Positions 43,006 to 52,711 of a stretch of 64,000 nucleotides of DNA are shown here, piece by piece; positions within the stretch are counted from its first letter, which is position 1, and every line of letters begins with the position of its first letter. This stretch comes from Nitrospirota bacterium (lineage in GTDB: Bacteria; Nitrospirota; UBA9217), in contig OY760142.1 of assembly GCA_963663225.1 (NCBI GenBank), positions 1,504,001 to 1,568,000 of the forward strand, given 5' to 3'. Made by a program: the position numbers and the translations under genes. A model generated the notes under the pieces. That model made no database searches. It had not been told where the DNA came from and saw nothing but the letters and a program-made list of their open reading frames with translations.

Positions 43006-44361
43006 ATGAACAGCACGAACCTGAAGAAAATACTCATTGCCTGCATTATTTGTTCAGTATCCATCCTGGCACTGCCTGCTTATGCGGAAGATGAACCTCT
43101 TGCGTACTCCCTGTCCTTCACGGACGCAGAACTGGATGACCTGCTTGCGCCTATCGCGCTCTATCCCGATCCCTTGCTGGCGCAGATGCTGCCTGCTTCC
43201 ACGTATCCAACAGAAATAATTGACGCGGATGAATGGCTTCGAAGCGGAGGCACGGTGGCAGGTATTGACGGCCAGAACTGGGACGAATCCGTCAAGGCAA
43301 TTGCCCACTATCCCGACGTCCTGAGGATGATGGCCGACAATATGGACTGGACCGCCAATCTGGGCGATGCTTTTTTGAACCAACCTGAGGATGTGTCAAG
43401 ATCAATCCAGCATCTGAGGCGGCAGGCAAGAGACATGGGCAACCTGTCCAGTAATGATAAACAGAGTGTGGACATTCTTGAAGAAGGCAACATCGAAATC
43501 ATTCCTGCTCAGCCGCAGTATGTGTATGTCCCGGTGTATGATCCTACCGTCGTGTATTTCAGGCGGCCGTCGCTGAGCATTCCGCCATTTATACTCTTCG
43601 GTCCTCCATTTCTCCTCGGCGGATGGCTCATCATGGATTTTAACTGGGGGCACCATGAGGTGATTTATCATGGCTGGAACCGTCCCGGCTGGGTCAATCA
43701 TGCAAGACCGTATGTACACGTGACGAATGTATATGTTAACAGAAGCAGGCCCGCCATTCAGCAGCGATGGAGGCATGATGCATCTCACGGCGACCCTGCA
43801 AAATATCTTATGACGCGGCCCAGTGGTCCGAAAGCAGACAGCTACTCCCGTATCGGCGAAGTCAGGGGAAAAGCCGTTGTTACACAACCCAAACCGGCCG
43901 GAAGGCTGTTCGATTCCAAGTCCGGTGTTCACACATATAGTAATCGCGGCAGGGAGAGCCGCGGCATAGTGCAGCAGCAAACGTCTCCATCGGCAATGCC
44001 CGGCACCAGTCCGCGAAGGACCATTCCGACGCCCCGCGTGAACGAGCGACCGACGGCACCTGCTCCCGCAGTTAGTCAACCGGTCCAGAAACCTGCTCAG
44101 CAGAGACCGGCAGGAATCAGCAGTGATAAAAAAATGACGAGCGGCACCGGACCTGCTCGTGAGGCACCACAAACCATAAAGCGGCCTTCGACCGCTTTCG
44201 GAGGTTACCGCGGTGCAGACGAGGCCAGAGCACAGAGTATGCGCGGCCAGACCAGCCGTCAGAGCAGCGCAGGCGGTGCTTCATCTACCGTCCACCCGCC
44301 AAATCGGGGCGGCAATCCTCCCGCAGGCGGGCATTCATCGGGAGAAAAGCAACGTCGATAA
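43006..44361 (+). CDS. DUF3300 domain protein
   Basis: LAPIALYPDPLLAQML, WDESVKA, YVPVYDP; low-complexity tail. Confidence 0.88.
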   Translation: MNSTNLKKILIACIICSVSILALPAYAEDEPLAYSLSFTDAELDDLLAPIALYPDPLLAQMLPASTYPTEIIDADEWLRSGGTVAGIDGQNWDESVKAIAHYPDVLRMMADNMDWTANLGDAFLNQPEDVSRSIQHLRRQARDMGNLSSNDKQSVDILEEGNIEIIPAQPQYVYVPVYDPTVVYFRRPSLSIPPFILFGPPFLLGGWLIMDFNWGHHEVIYHGWNRPGWVNHARPYVHVTNVYVNRSRPAIQQRWRHDASHGDPAKYLMTRPSGPKADSYSRIGEVRGKAVVTQPKPAGRLFDSKSGVHTYSNRGRESRGIVQQQTSPSAMPGTSPRRTIPTPRVNERPTAPAPAVSQPVQKPAQQRPAGISSDKKMTSGTGPAREAPQTIKRPSTAFGGYRGADEARAQSMRGQTSRQSSAGGASSTVHPPNRGGNPPAGGHSSGEKQRR

Positions 44362-44413
44362 GAAATGTGAACGTTGGTAAAAGGATATTTTTTGCAGAGA
44401 AAGGAAGCATATT

Positions 44414-45382
44414 ATGGCGACAAAGACCGGCAAGAAAACATTCCAGAATACTGCGCACGCGGTTGCTTTATTTATAATATGTGCGGCAATAATCACGATC
44501 GGGAGCATGTCGGTTACAGCGCAACCAACGCAGCAGGTATTCTCGTCTCCGGAGGATGCATTGAAAGAATTGGCAGCGGCAGTTAAAACGAAAGACAAAA
44601 CCGCGCTTGCCCGCATATTCGGGCCGTCCGGAGAAGAACTGCGCGCTACTGACGCGGTGCAGGCTGCCGCTGAATTCGAAGAATTTTCGAAATTATTGAC
44701 GATGAAGGCAAGCTTGGTTAAAGAGAATGAGTCGAAAGTGGTCCTTTATATAGGAAATGAAAACTGGCCGTTTCCAATCCCGCTGATTAAAACGAACAAT
44801 CAGTGGGTTTTTGATACAGAAGCAGGGAAAGAAGAAATTTTGAACCGCAGAATTGGCGAGAACGAGCTGACGGCCATCCTGGTTTGCCGTTCCTATGTAA
44901 AAGCCCAGCGTGAGTACGTACTGAAAGACTGGGATGGTGATGGAATTTTGGCGTACGCACAGAAGCTCCGGAGCGATCCGAACAAAAAGAACGGCCTCTT
45001 CTGGAAACGGGTTCCGGGCGAACCGGTAAGCCCTCTTGGTGAACTCGTGGCGCAGGCCCGGATGGAGGGATACCGGAAGGAAAAGTCGTTATTTAAAGAA
45101 GAGCCGGTGCCTTTTCACGGCTATTACTTTAACATCCTCACGAAACAGGGCAAACGCGCACCGGGAGGGAAATATAGTTACATTGTAAATGGAAATATGG
45201 TCGGGGGATTTGCTCTTGTTGCCTTTCCGGCGGACTGGGGCAAATCGGGAGTAATGACTTTTATTGTGAATCAACAAGGCAAGGTGTACCAGAAAAATCT
45301 CGGAGAAGAAACTCTGAAGATGGCCTCGAAAATGAAGATATACGATCCTGACGAGACATGGGCACTCGTTAAGGGCCAATAA
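44414..45382 (+). CDS. DUF2950 domain protein
   Basis: WPFPIPL, RRIGENE, PFHGYYF, GVMTFIVN; usual partner of DUF3300. Confidence 0.88.
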   Translation: MATKTGKKTFQNTAHAVALFIICAAIITIGSMSVTAQPTQQVFSSPEDALKELAAAVKTKDKTALARIFGPSGEELRATDAVQAAAEFEEFSKLLTMKASLVKENESKVVLYIGNENWPFPIPLIKTNNQWVFDTEAGKEEILNRRIGENELTAILVCRSYVKAQREYVLKDWDGDGILAYAQKLRSDPNKKNGLFWKRVPGEPVSPLGELVAQARMEGYRKEKSLFKEEPVPFHGYYFNILTKQGKRAPGGKYSYIVNGNMVGGFALVAFPADWGKSGVMTFIVNQQGKVYQKNLGEETLKMASKMKIYDPDETWALVKGQ

Positions 45383-45625
45383 TTTTTTGAACTCTGTTTT
45401 GTCCGAACAGGGTTTTTCGAAATAAAGATTGGTTTAGCTGGAGTTTTCCGCAAGAAAGACCTAAAGGGGTCTGCGTTTATAAAACTACCGCAAATTCTGA
45501 ACTCGTTCAATATCAACATGCTCGAAACCTATCGCCGGTAGTTGTTCGCATCTTTTCCCTCACGTTTTCCCCCCTATTACAGCAAAGATCGTATTTACTA
45601 TTTAATTTAGCGGTTTAGAATATTA

Positions 45626-45654
45626 TTGACATTATAATTTCCCTTTGCTACCTT
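45626..45654 (+). promoter_or_regulatory. Sigma-70 promoter of the cytochrome-rhodanese unit
   Basis: TTGACA-N17-TACCTT with TG extension. Confidence 0.55.
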
Positions 45655-45826
45655 ATACCTAAGCAGTATGTGCGCTTGACGCACATACAAAACTAAACAG
45701 CTCTTATTAATTCAAAATCCAACGTCAATTTAAGAATAAAACTCATACTGCCAATTGATTAAAAAGTTCCGAGCTTCTTTGACAGGTGGCCTTTAAGAAG
45801 CTACAATTTCCCCTAAAGGAGGTATT

Positions 45827-47083
45827 ATGAGGAAAATCGTCATATGCGCCAGCCTGCTGTTCGTAATCCTTCTTGCGTATTCTGCTTCCCCTGCCTACTC
45901 AAAGTCAAGCCAGCCCCAAATTAACGCTTGTGTTGCGTGTCATACCAGCGACCAAACCTTAAAGAAGCTGTTCATACCCCCCAAGGTCCAGGCCTCGGAA
46001 GGAGAAGGGTGAGCAGGGGTGCCACCGTCAGTTCCGGCGGAACTGATGTACAAGGCGTTCCTGGTTGACAAGGATTTGCTTGATCAGGACGCGCATTTTT
46101 CAGAAGGTTGCAGCCCGTGCCACAAAGGCAATGAAAAAGGAAAAGGCAAGGAAGGGGCACACCGCGGCATGGTAAAACGGCCGTCAGATAATCTTGCTGT
46201 CTGCGGAAAATGCCATGAGGATACTTCGCAGCATTACAAAACAGCTCTTCACTATACCTCAGCAGGCCAGATGCATGGAGTCAAGGCGAGATTCAATGAG
46301 AAGGAATTCAAAGCATTTGATCAGAAAGTCTTTGGAAAATCCTGCAGGAGCTGCCATGCATCCTGCGGAGATTGCCATGTAAAATCTCCATCCATAGGAG
46401 GCATCGGAACAGGATTTATCAAGGGGCACCAGTTCGTAAAACGTGATGAAGGAAAAACATGCGGTATCTGCCACGGAGGCAGAGTGTATCCGGAATACAC
46501 CGGCGACTATGGCGGCTCAGCAGACGTCCATTACCAGAAAGGAATGCTCTGTCTGGACTGCCATAAAAAATCGGAACTGCATGGCAATGGTACGGCTTAT
46601 CAAGGAAGAAAGGAAGTCCAGGGACGGCCTGCCTGCGTTCAATGCCATCCCCGGGGCAGTGAAAAAACGGACACCTCGAAGACCGCCCATGTCCAGCATG
46701 GAGACAAGGTGAGTTGCTATGCGTGCCATTCAGGGGGAACCTACAGAAACTGCTACGACTGCCACCTTGGGAAGGGTGCATCATCAAAACCCGGCTTTAT
46801 CCTGGGAATAGATCCACAGAATAAAAAAACCGTTACTACCCTGAGACTGATACCAACCGTACGGGACACATTCAAACCGGCAGGAATTTCTATGGCAGGT
46901 TTTGATGCGCTCCCGAACTACTGGGGCACGTCGCCTCACAATATCAAAAAGCGCACCGAACGCACCCGGTCGTGTGACGTGTGCCATCAGGAGCACAAGG
47001 ATTTTCTGACAAAAGAAGGATTGATACCAAACGGTTCCAAGGCGAATGAAGGCCTAATTTATGACTTTAAACTCAATAAATAA
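45827..47083 (+). CDS. Exported 11-heme c-type cytochrome with predicted selenocysteine (UGA 46010-46012, codon 62), 418 aa
   Basis: Two same-frame ORFs joined by one TGA; signal peptide + CVACH before it, 10 CxxCH after; SECIS-like hairpin follows. Confidence 0.82.
46013..46047 (+). promoter_or_regulatory. Bacterial SECIS-like element
   Basis: GTCAGTTCC-GGC-GGAACTGAT stem-loop; apical G 23 nt after the UGA. Confidence 0.72.
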
Positions 47084-47096
47084 AAGGAGGATGCTT

Positions 47097-47993
47097 ATGA
47101 TCAGGAAACGTATGCTGCAAATGCTGGTGTTGGTTCTTATTGTGATGCTGGTGCCCGTGGTGGCGGCAGCACGGGATGCCGCCCCGATTGTATCAACAGA
47201 CTGGCTCGAAAAGAACCTGAAAAACAACAATGTGGTGATTATCGATATTCGGAAGGTGGAAGAATACAAGGCAGGCCACATTCCCGGAGCGGTTAATGCG
47301 GTCTATGGAACATGGGCGATTATGAAGGGTGGCCTGAGAAATGAGCTGCCCGCAGCAGATGACTTGTTTGATGCAATTGGTGCCGCAGGTATTGAGCCGA
47401 CATCAAGCGTGGTTGTCGTAGGGAATGTTGAAACAACACCCGATCGCACCGATGTTACGAGAGTTGCTTGGACACTCAAGTACGCAGGCATTGAAAATGT
47501 TGCACTGCTCGATGGTGGTTATAAAAAATGGTTGGCGGATAAAAAGACGATATCTACCGACGTGGTGAAAGCAAAAACAAAAACATACAAAGGAAAAATC
47601 AATGCCAATCTTTTTACGAACAAAGACTATGTGTTAAGCCAACTTGGTAAGGCAACAATTGTCGATGTCAGGGAAAAAGATTTTTACGAGGGCAAGAAAA
47701 AATTCGATTTTGTAGCTAAAGCAGGAAGAGTCCCCGGCGCAAAGAATTTGCCCACCTCACTTCCTTATACAAAAGAGGGGACATTCAAGGACAAAGCAGA
47801 ACTTACTGCGATTGCGGCGAATGTTGTGGGAACCGATGTATCAAAAGAAATAATCACCTATTGTGATACAGGCAAAGTATGTTCAGCCTGGACATTCTTG
47901 CTGTCTGAAGTCCTTGGATACAAGAATGTAAAGGATTACGACGGTTCTATGGAAGAATGGACAAAAGATCCTAAGGCTCCGTTCGAACCGTAA
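47097..47993 (+). CDS. Exported tandem-domain rhodanese/sulfurtransferase
   Basis: Signal peptide, VSTDWL, GHIPGA, LLDGG, GRVPGA, active-site YCDTG, YDGSMEEW; AGGAGG RBS. Confidence 0.92.
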   Translation: MIRKRMLQMLVLVLIVMLVPVVAAARDAAPIVSTDWLEKNLKNNNVVIIDIRKVEEYKAGHIPGAVNAVYGTWAIMKGGLRNELPAADDLFDAIGAAGIEPTSSVVVVGNVETTPDRTDVTRVAWTLKYAGIENVALLDGGYKKWLADKKTISTDVVKAKTKTYKGKINANLFTNKDYVLSQLGKATIVDVREKDFYEGKKKFDFVAKAGRVPGAKNLPTSLPYTKEGTFKDKAELTAIAANVVGTDVSKEIITYCDTGKVCSAWTFLLSEVLGYKNVKDYDGSMEEWTKDPKAPFEP

Positions 47994-48004
47994 GCAGTCT
48001 TACG

Positions 48005-48038
48005 AAAACGGGCAGAATTTTTCTGCCCGTTTTTTTAT
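48005..48038 (+). terminator. Rho-independent terminator
   Basis: AAAACGGGCAGAA-TTT-TTCTGCCCGTTTTTTT. Confidence 0.85.
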
Positions 48039-48238
48039 TCCACCTGCGCTTAGTCCTCAGCGCCATCCTTCTCCGTGTCTTTTGCCACGATGCTTTCCAG
48101 CCCCAAAATACGCCTTTTATAGCCGAAACAGGTATTGCACAAGAAAAATTAAAGTATTAAATACCCATTTCGGGCGATTTACTTTCACGGAAGACTATGG
48201 TATGTCATCTGTTAACGATATTGAAGAGGGCATACGAG

Positions 48239-49012
48239 ATGAAAAATGATGGTGAATTTACGCAAGACGGTACCGAACAAAGAAAACATACCCTGCTAAT
48301 TCTCGACAGAGAGCCGCAAGAACTTATTCGAATGTCAAAGCTCTTTGAGCGAATAGGTTATCAAACCGCTACAGCTAGGATGGGTTGCGAGGCATTCAAG
48401 ACAGTAAAGAAGATAATTCCAAACCTGATTCTTACTGCGATGGACCTTGAAGATATGAGTGGAATTGCATTCATTAGTCAGCTCAGCCAAAACAGAAAAA
48501 CAGAACATATTCCAATCGTTGTTTTGAAAGGTCCCCAGGATCTTGCCAGGGAACAAGATTATCTTGGCGCTGGCGCAGCGGTTTGCCTGTGTAAGTCGTC
48601 TTCGATCGAAACGATGTATCAAACAATGCAGAGACTCCAGAAGAAAGAATTGCGGGAAAAAATCCGCATTCAAACGCATCACCCTGTTAAGATTGAGACT
48701 GCCCCGTTCTGCGATCATTATGGCATGCACACACTGACGTTATCGGAACGGGGGATGTTTCTTTTCAGCAGGGTGCATGCCCCTGAAAATACCAGGCTTG
48801 CGCTCCGTATTAATCTACAAGGACTTATCATTGCGGCCGAAGCCAGGGTTTTGTACAATGGCCGGTCACGACGTAGTTCTCATCAGGAGCCCGGGTTAGG
48901 GCTTGAATTTATTACTATTGGACCTCAAGACCGGGAATGCATACGGACATTCATAAACAATGAAATAATGAAAGACATTCAGCCGAAAATTAGCCTGCAG
49001 CTATCTGCTTGA
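48239..49012 (+). CDS. Atypical receiver + PilZ domain protein (paralog 4)
   Basis: REKIR, TLSERG, EPGLGLEF; clearly similar to the 5682-8147 paralogs. Confidence 0.8.
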   Translation: MKNDGEFTQDGTEQRKHTLLILDREPQELIRMSKLFERIGYQTATARMGCEAFKTVKKIIPNLILTAMDLEDMSGIAFISQLSQNRKTEHIPIVVLKGPQDLAREQDYLGAGAAVCLCKSSSIETMYQTMQRLQKKELREKIRIQTHHPVKIETAPFCDHYGMHTLTLSERGMFLFSRVHAPENTRLALRINLQGLIIAAEARVLYNGRSRRSSHQEPGLGLEFITIGPQDRECIRTFINNEIMKDIQPKISLQLSA

Positions 49013-49107
49013 TAATTTTTCCAGTTAATTTTTTCAATATGTGAACAATGGTTGGAATTTTGATATAATCATGACTAAAAGCGGCCTACAAATGGAGACC
49101 TTAGCTA

Positions 49108-49640
49108 TGCAGAGGGTACGCGGTACAGCCTTTATAATTATCCTGACATTTTTTGCAACGCTTCAGGCTTGTGTAGCGGGTGTTCATCTCCTGCCGAAAT
49201 CGGCAGACCCGTCGGAAATTAAAGGAACTTATACGCTTATACTCTATGGATGCCGGTACGCAGATGATTTGGAGAACGTGGCTGTTCTTGTAGACGCAAA
49301 AAACAAGTATAAATTTGAAGTTTATGCGCTTGAAAACATGTATAAAGTAAAAAAAGAAGTTTCGGGTTCAGAGGCAATTCGTGAAGCAAACGCATTTATC
49401 AACTGCAGCATGCATACCGTATGGCAGACGGTGCTGCGCAGAATTTCCGATGCCGACGGCAGAACCATCGCATACGAACTGAAACCATTATACAGGCCAT
49501 GGGAATTTAAGATTTCAGAAGTACTGTTGTCTTCGTACGTGTTGCACGACGACACGGTGACGGCTTACTTTACGCTTGATCCGTCGGTGAAAATGGACGA
49601 TGGACCTTTAATCTGGCCAAGAACCCTGAGACGTTATTAG
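49108..49640 (+). CDS. Putative lipoprotein
   Basis: Hydrophobic stretch with lipobox LQAC; start uncertain. Confidence 0.55.
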
Positions 49641-49699
49641 AGTACGGCACGCTGTTCACAATGGCTGCAGTTTGTATCCAAGCAAGAGGAGAGACAAGT

Positions 49700-50104
49700 A
49701 TGCTTCAAAATAAGATCGTAGCCCGCTACCAGGATGGCCGTGTAATAAAAGGATTCACCAGCGATTTTATGCCTGGAAAAAATATGCTGCACCTCAGTGT
49801 CTTCGGCGCACAGCCGAATTCGAAGCCCATACCTGTTTCTGTTCAGGAGTTAAAAGCGATTTTTTTTGTCAAGGACTTTACGGGAAATCCTGCGTATCAG
49901 GACAAAAGAGAATTCGATCCGGAGAAACCGGTTGCAGGTCGGAAGATTAAGGTGATTTTTAAAGATGGAGAGCTTTTGGTAGGAACTACACAAGGGTACC
50001 AACCAGGCCGGATAGGATTTTTTGTCTTCCCGATAGACCCGAAATCGAATAATGACCGCTGCTTTGTTGTCTCTCCCGCCACAAAAGGTATCTGGCTCGT
50101 CTGA
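49700..50104 (+). CDS. Conserved hypothetical protein (DUF6982-like)
   Basis: NKIVARYQDG..IKG.T.DF, LKAIFFVKDF.GN, GFFVFP.D..SNN. Confidence 0.7.
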   Translation: MLQNKIVARYQDGRVIKGFTSDFMPGKNMLHLSVFGAQPNSKPIPVSVQELKAIFFVKDFTGNPAYQDKREFDPEKPVAGRKIKVIFKDGELLVGTTQGYQPGRIGFFVFPIDPKSNNDRCFVVSPATKGIWLV

Positions 50105-50162
50105 TCACAAGCCAGACATCCGAAAAAATGGAATGGATAATTGTTTCTGACCAAAATCCCTG

Positions 50163-51098
50163 TCAATATCCTGCAAGAATCATTTCAAGGAGTGCCATGC
50201 GGACATACAATCCGTTTTCGGCTTGTTCGAAGTACTTGGCCCTCGGATCACGATCAACGGCAAAGCTGATTTCAGTCACGCGCGGCAGGGGATGCATAAG
50301 GATGGAGTTTTTTTTCATCAGGTCGAGAATCTCAGTATTGATGGTAAAGCGTTCACTCTCCTTCACTACCTCTTCGTACGTGCTTTGCGGGTCATCTTGA
50401 AAGCGTTCTCGCTGCACTCTTGTCTGGTAAATAACATCCGCAACTGGGGCGACTGCCCGCAAATCATCCGTTTCGCTCCAGGAAATCCGGTGTTCATCAA
50501 GGTATGCCTTAATGTCTTCGCCCATCTTTGTCTGGACCGGTGAAACGAAGATAATACGGTTATCGGGAAAATGTTTTGCGAGAAAATACGAAAGAGAGCG
50601 AACCGTGCGTCCGTGCGCGAGGTCGCCGACCATCGCCACCGTAAGCCCCTGGATCCCCGCGAACGACTTGCGTATGGTGTACAAATCGAGGAGCGCCTGA
50701 GTCGGGTGCTGGCCTTTGCCGTCTCCGGCGTTGATTACCGGTACTTTTGAAAATCGCTGGGCCCGTTCTGCGCCGCCTTCCTTATGGTAGCGAAGAACGA
50801 TCACGTCGCAATACGTACTGATGACACGAATGGAATCTTCAAGGCTTTCACCTTTTGCTTTTGAGGAAAACTGCTGCGCATTTTCCGTGCTGATGACATC
50901 CCCGCCCAGGTGTTTCATGGCCGCCTCAAAACTTAACCGAGTTCTGGTGCTCGGTTCATAAAATAACGAGGACATAAGCTTTCCATGGAGGACGCGCTGG
51001 ACCGGTTTTCGTTCCATTTTTTCTGCGACGCTGAAAATAGTATTTAAGGTATCTGCATCAAATTGTTGCGCTTCGATGACCCCGCCTAATTTTTTCAT
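50163..51098 (-). CDS. pyrB: Aspartate carbamoyltransferase catalytic subunit
   Basis: FYEPSTRTRLSF, NAGDG..QHPTQ, HPLPR. Confidence 0.96.
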   Translation of the reverse strand: MKKLGGVIEAQQFDADTLNTIFSVAEKMERKPVQRVLHGKLMSSLFYEPSTRTRLSFEAAMKHLGGDVISTENAQQFSSKAKGESLEDSIRVISTYCDVIVLRYHKEGGAERAQRFSKVPVINAGDGKGQHPTQALLDLYTIRKSFAGIQGLTVAMVGDLAHGRTVRSLSYFLAKHFPDNRIIFVSPVQTKMGEDIKAYLDEHRISWSETDDLRAVAPVADVIYQTRVQRERFQDDPQSTYEEVVKESERFTINTEILDLMKKNSILMHPLPRVTEISFAVDRDPRAKYFEQAENGLYVRMALLEMILAGY

Positions 51099-51382
51099 GA
51101 ACAGTCTCCTTAAAAAGTTTCTGAAGAATGGTTCGGCAGCAGCATAAAAACCGACTGTAATCCGATCGATTATAACATATTTCAAATTGTCGTATACCAG
51201 AAAATCATAAATATACAGATAACCTGATAATAACAAGTATTGCGGGAATGATTAAAGTAGACTATAATTAAGCGTTCTATCGTTCCGAAGCATTATAGGG
51301 TACCATGCAGCGTATCGAATTGTAACCCAAAATAAGTAAGAGCTGTCAAGCATAGCCAACAGATAAAAAGAAAGGTGGCCTT

Positions 51383-51558
51383 ATGCTCAGTTCAAACGTG
51401 CTGCTGCGAATTCCTATTCCCGCGTTTTTTCTCTCTCCGGACTGCTTGCCGGAGCAGTCCACGGGGAATCAATCTCACCTGACGAAGAAATTATCATTAT
51501 CGGCGGCAATCGAAACTATCCTCTATTATACGAATTCCTTCAACAAAGTAATGCCTGA
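51383..51558 (+). pseudogene. Remnant of a periplasmic binding (PBPb)-domain gene
   Basis: Frameshifted signal-like segment then EEIIIIGGNRNYPLLYEFL*, resembling VGGDxxYPPYEF. Confidence 0.4.
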
Positions 51559-51566
51559 TCCAAAAG

Positions 51567-51582
51567 TGGCGCATACCTTGCT
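51567..51582 (+). promoter_or_regulatory. Sigma-54 -24/-12 promoter of the tct operon
   Basis: TGGCGC-ATACC-TTGCT. Confidence 0.65.
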
Positions 51583-51709
51583 CGATAGGGGGAGATATGC
51601 CTTCACAAGCGAATAGCCGTCATAAAAAGAGCTATAATAAGTAACAAGTATCTAGCGTATCGAGGCCCACCGCATTCATGGTTAACTTCATGGACAAAAG
51701 GAGAAAAAA

Positions 51710-52696
51710 ATGAAAAGTCTGGTAAGCGTGCTTTGCATTGTAGTGCTCACAGTTGTTTTTACCGTACCTTCATTTGCAGCGGACAAGGACCAATATCCTT
51801 CTAAGGTAATAACAATCATTGTGCCATTCTCCGCTGGGGGACCGTCAGACACGGTAGCCCGTCTGCTCGCTCAGGCCATGGGACCGGTCCTCAAGACGCA
51901 GATTATTGTTGAAAATGTCGGTGGTGCGGGTGGAACCATTGGAGCCGCCAGGGTTGCCCAGGCTTCGCCCGATGGATATACGCTCTTTGTGCATCATATC
52001 GGTCATTCCACGGCCCCGGCACTTTATCGCAAACTGCCTTACGACCCTATCAGGGATTTTGAACCGATCGGACTGGTCAATGATGGAGCAATGGCTCTGG
52101 TGGCCAGAAAAAATTTTCCTGCAGACAACCTCAAGGAACTGATCACCTATGTAAAAGCCAACAAGGACAAAGTCAATCTGGCCAATGCGGGCGTAGGCTC
52201 CGCTTCGCATTTGTGCGGGATACTTTTTATGTCCGCCATCCAGACGGACTTCATGACTATTCCGTATAAGGGAACGGGACCGGCCATGAACGACCTTCTC
52301 GGCGGCCAGGTGGATTTCATGTGCGACCAGACGACGAATGCCACGAGCCATATCAAAGCCGGAAAAGTCAGGGTGTATGGCGTGACCACGAAAAAACGAA
52401 TCGATTCCATGCCGAATGTTCCTACGATGAGTGAGGCGGGCCTTCCGAATTTTACGATAACCGTCTGGCATGCCCTGTATGCACCGAAAGGCACGCCAAA
52501 ACCGATTATTGCGAAGCTCTCAAAGGCTTTGCAGGAGGCACTGAAGAACCCCGTCTTAAAACAACGGTACGCCGATCTGGGCTCCGAACCTGTTGCGCAG
52601 AACCGCGCGACTCCCGAGGCCCTCAGAGCTCATCTCAAGGCTGAAATCAATAAATGGGGACCGATCATAAAAAAAGCAGGTGTGTTCGCAGATTGA
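51710..52696 (+). CDS. tctC: Tripartite tricarboxylate transporter substrate-binding protein (Bug/TctC)
   Basis: VPFSAGGPSD, ENVGGAGG, PDGYT, PYKGTGPA. Confidence 0.92.
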   Translation: MKSLVSVLCIVVLTVVFTVPSFAADKDQYPSKVITIIVPFSAGGPSDTVARLLAQAMGPVLKTQIIVENVGGAGGTIGAARVAQASPDGYTLFVHHIGHSTAPALYRKLPYDPIRDFEPIGLVNDGAMALVARKNFPADNLKELITYVKANKDKVNLANAGVGSASHLCGILFMSAIQTDFMTIPYKGTGPAMNDLLGGQVDFMCDQTTNATSHIKAGKVRVYGVTTKKRIDSMPNVPTMSEAGLPNFTITVWHALYAPKGTPKPIIAKLSKALQEALKNPVLKQRYADLGSEPVAQNRATPEALRAHLKAEINKWGPIIKKAGVFAD

Positions 52697-52711
52697 TCTG
52701 GGGAGGGTGGT

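Noticed and set aside
46019-47083. Stand-alone 10-heme cytochrome starting at GTG 46019
   Set aside because: No signal peptide; the in-frame upstream exported heme segment and SECIS-like hairpin explain it better (not fully excluded)
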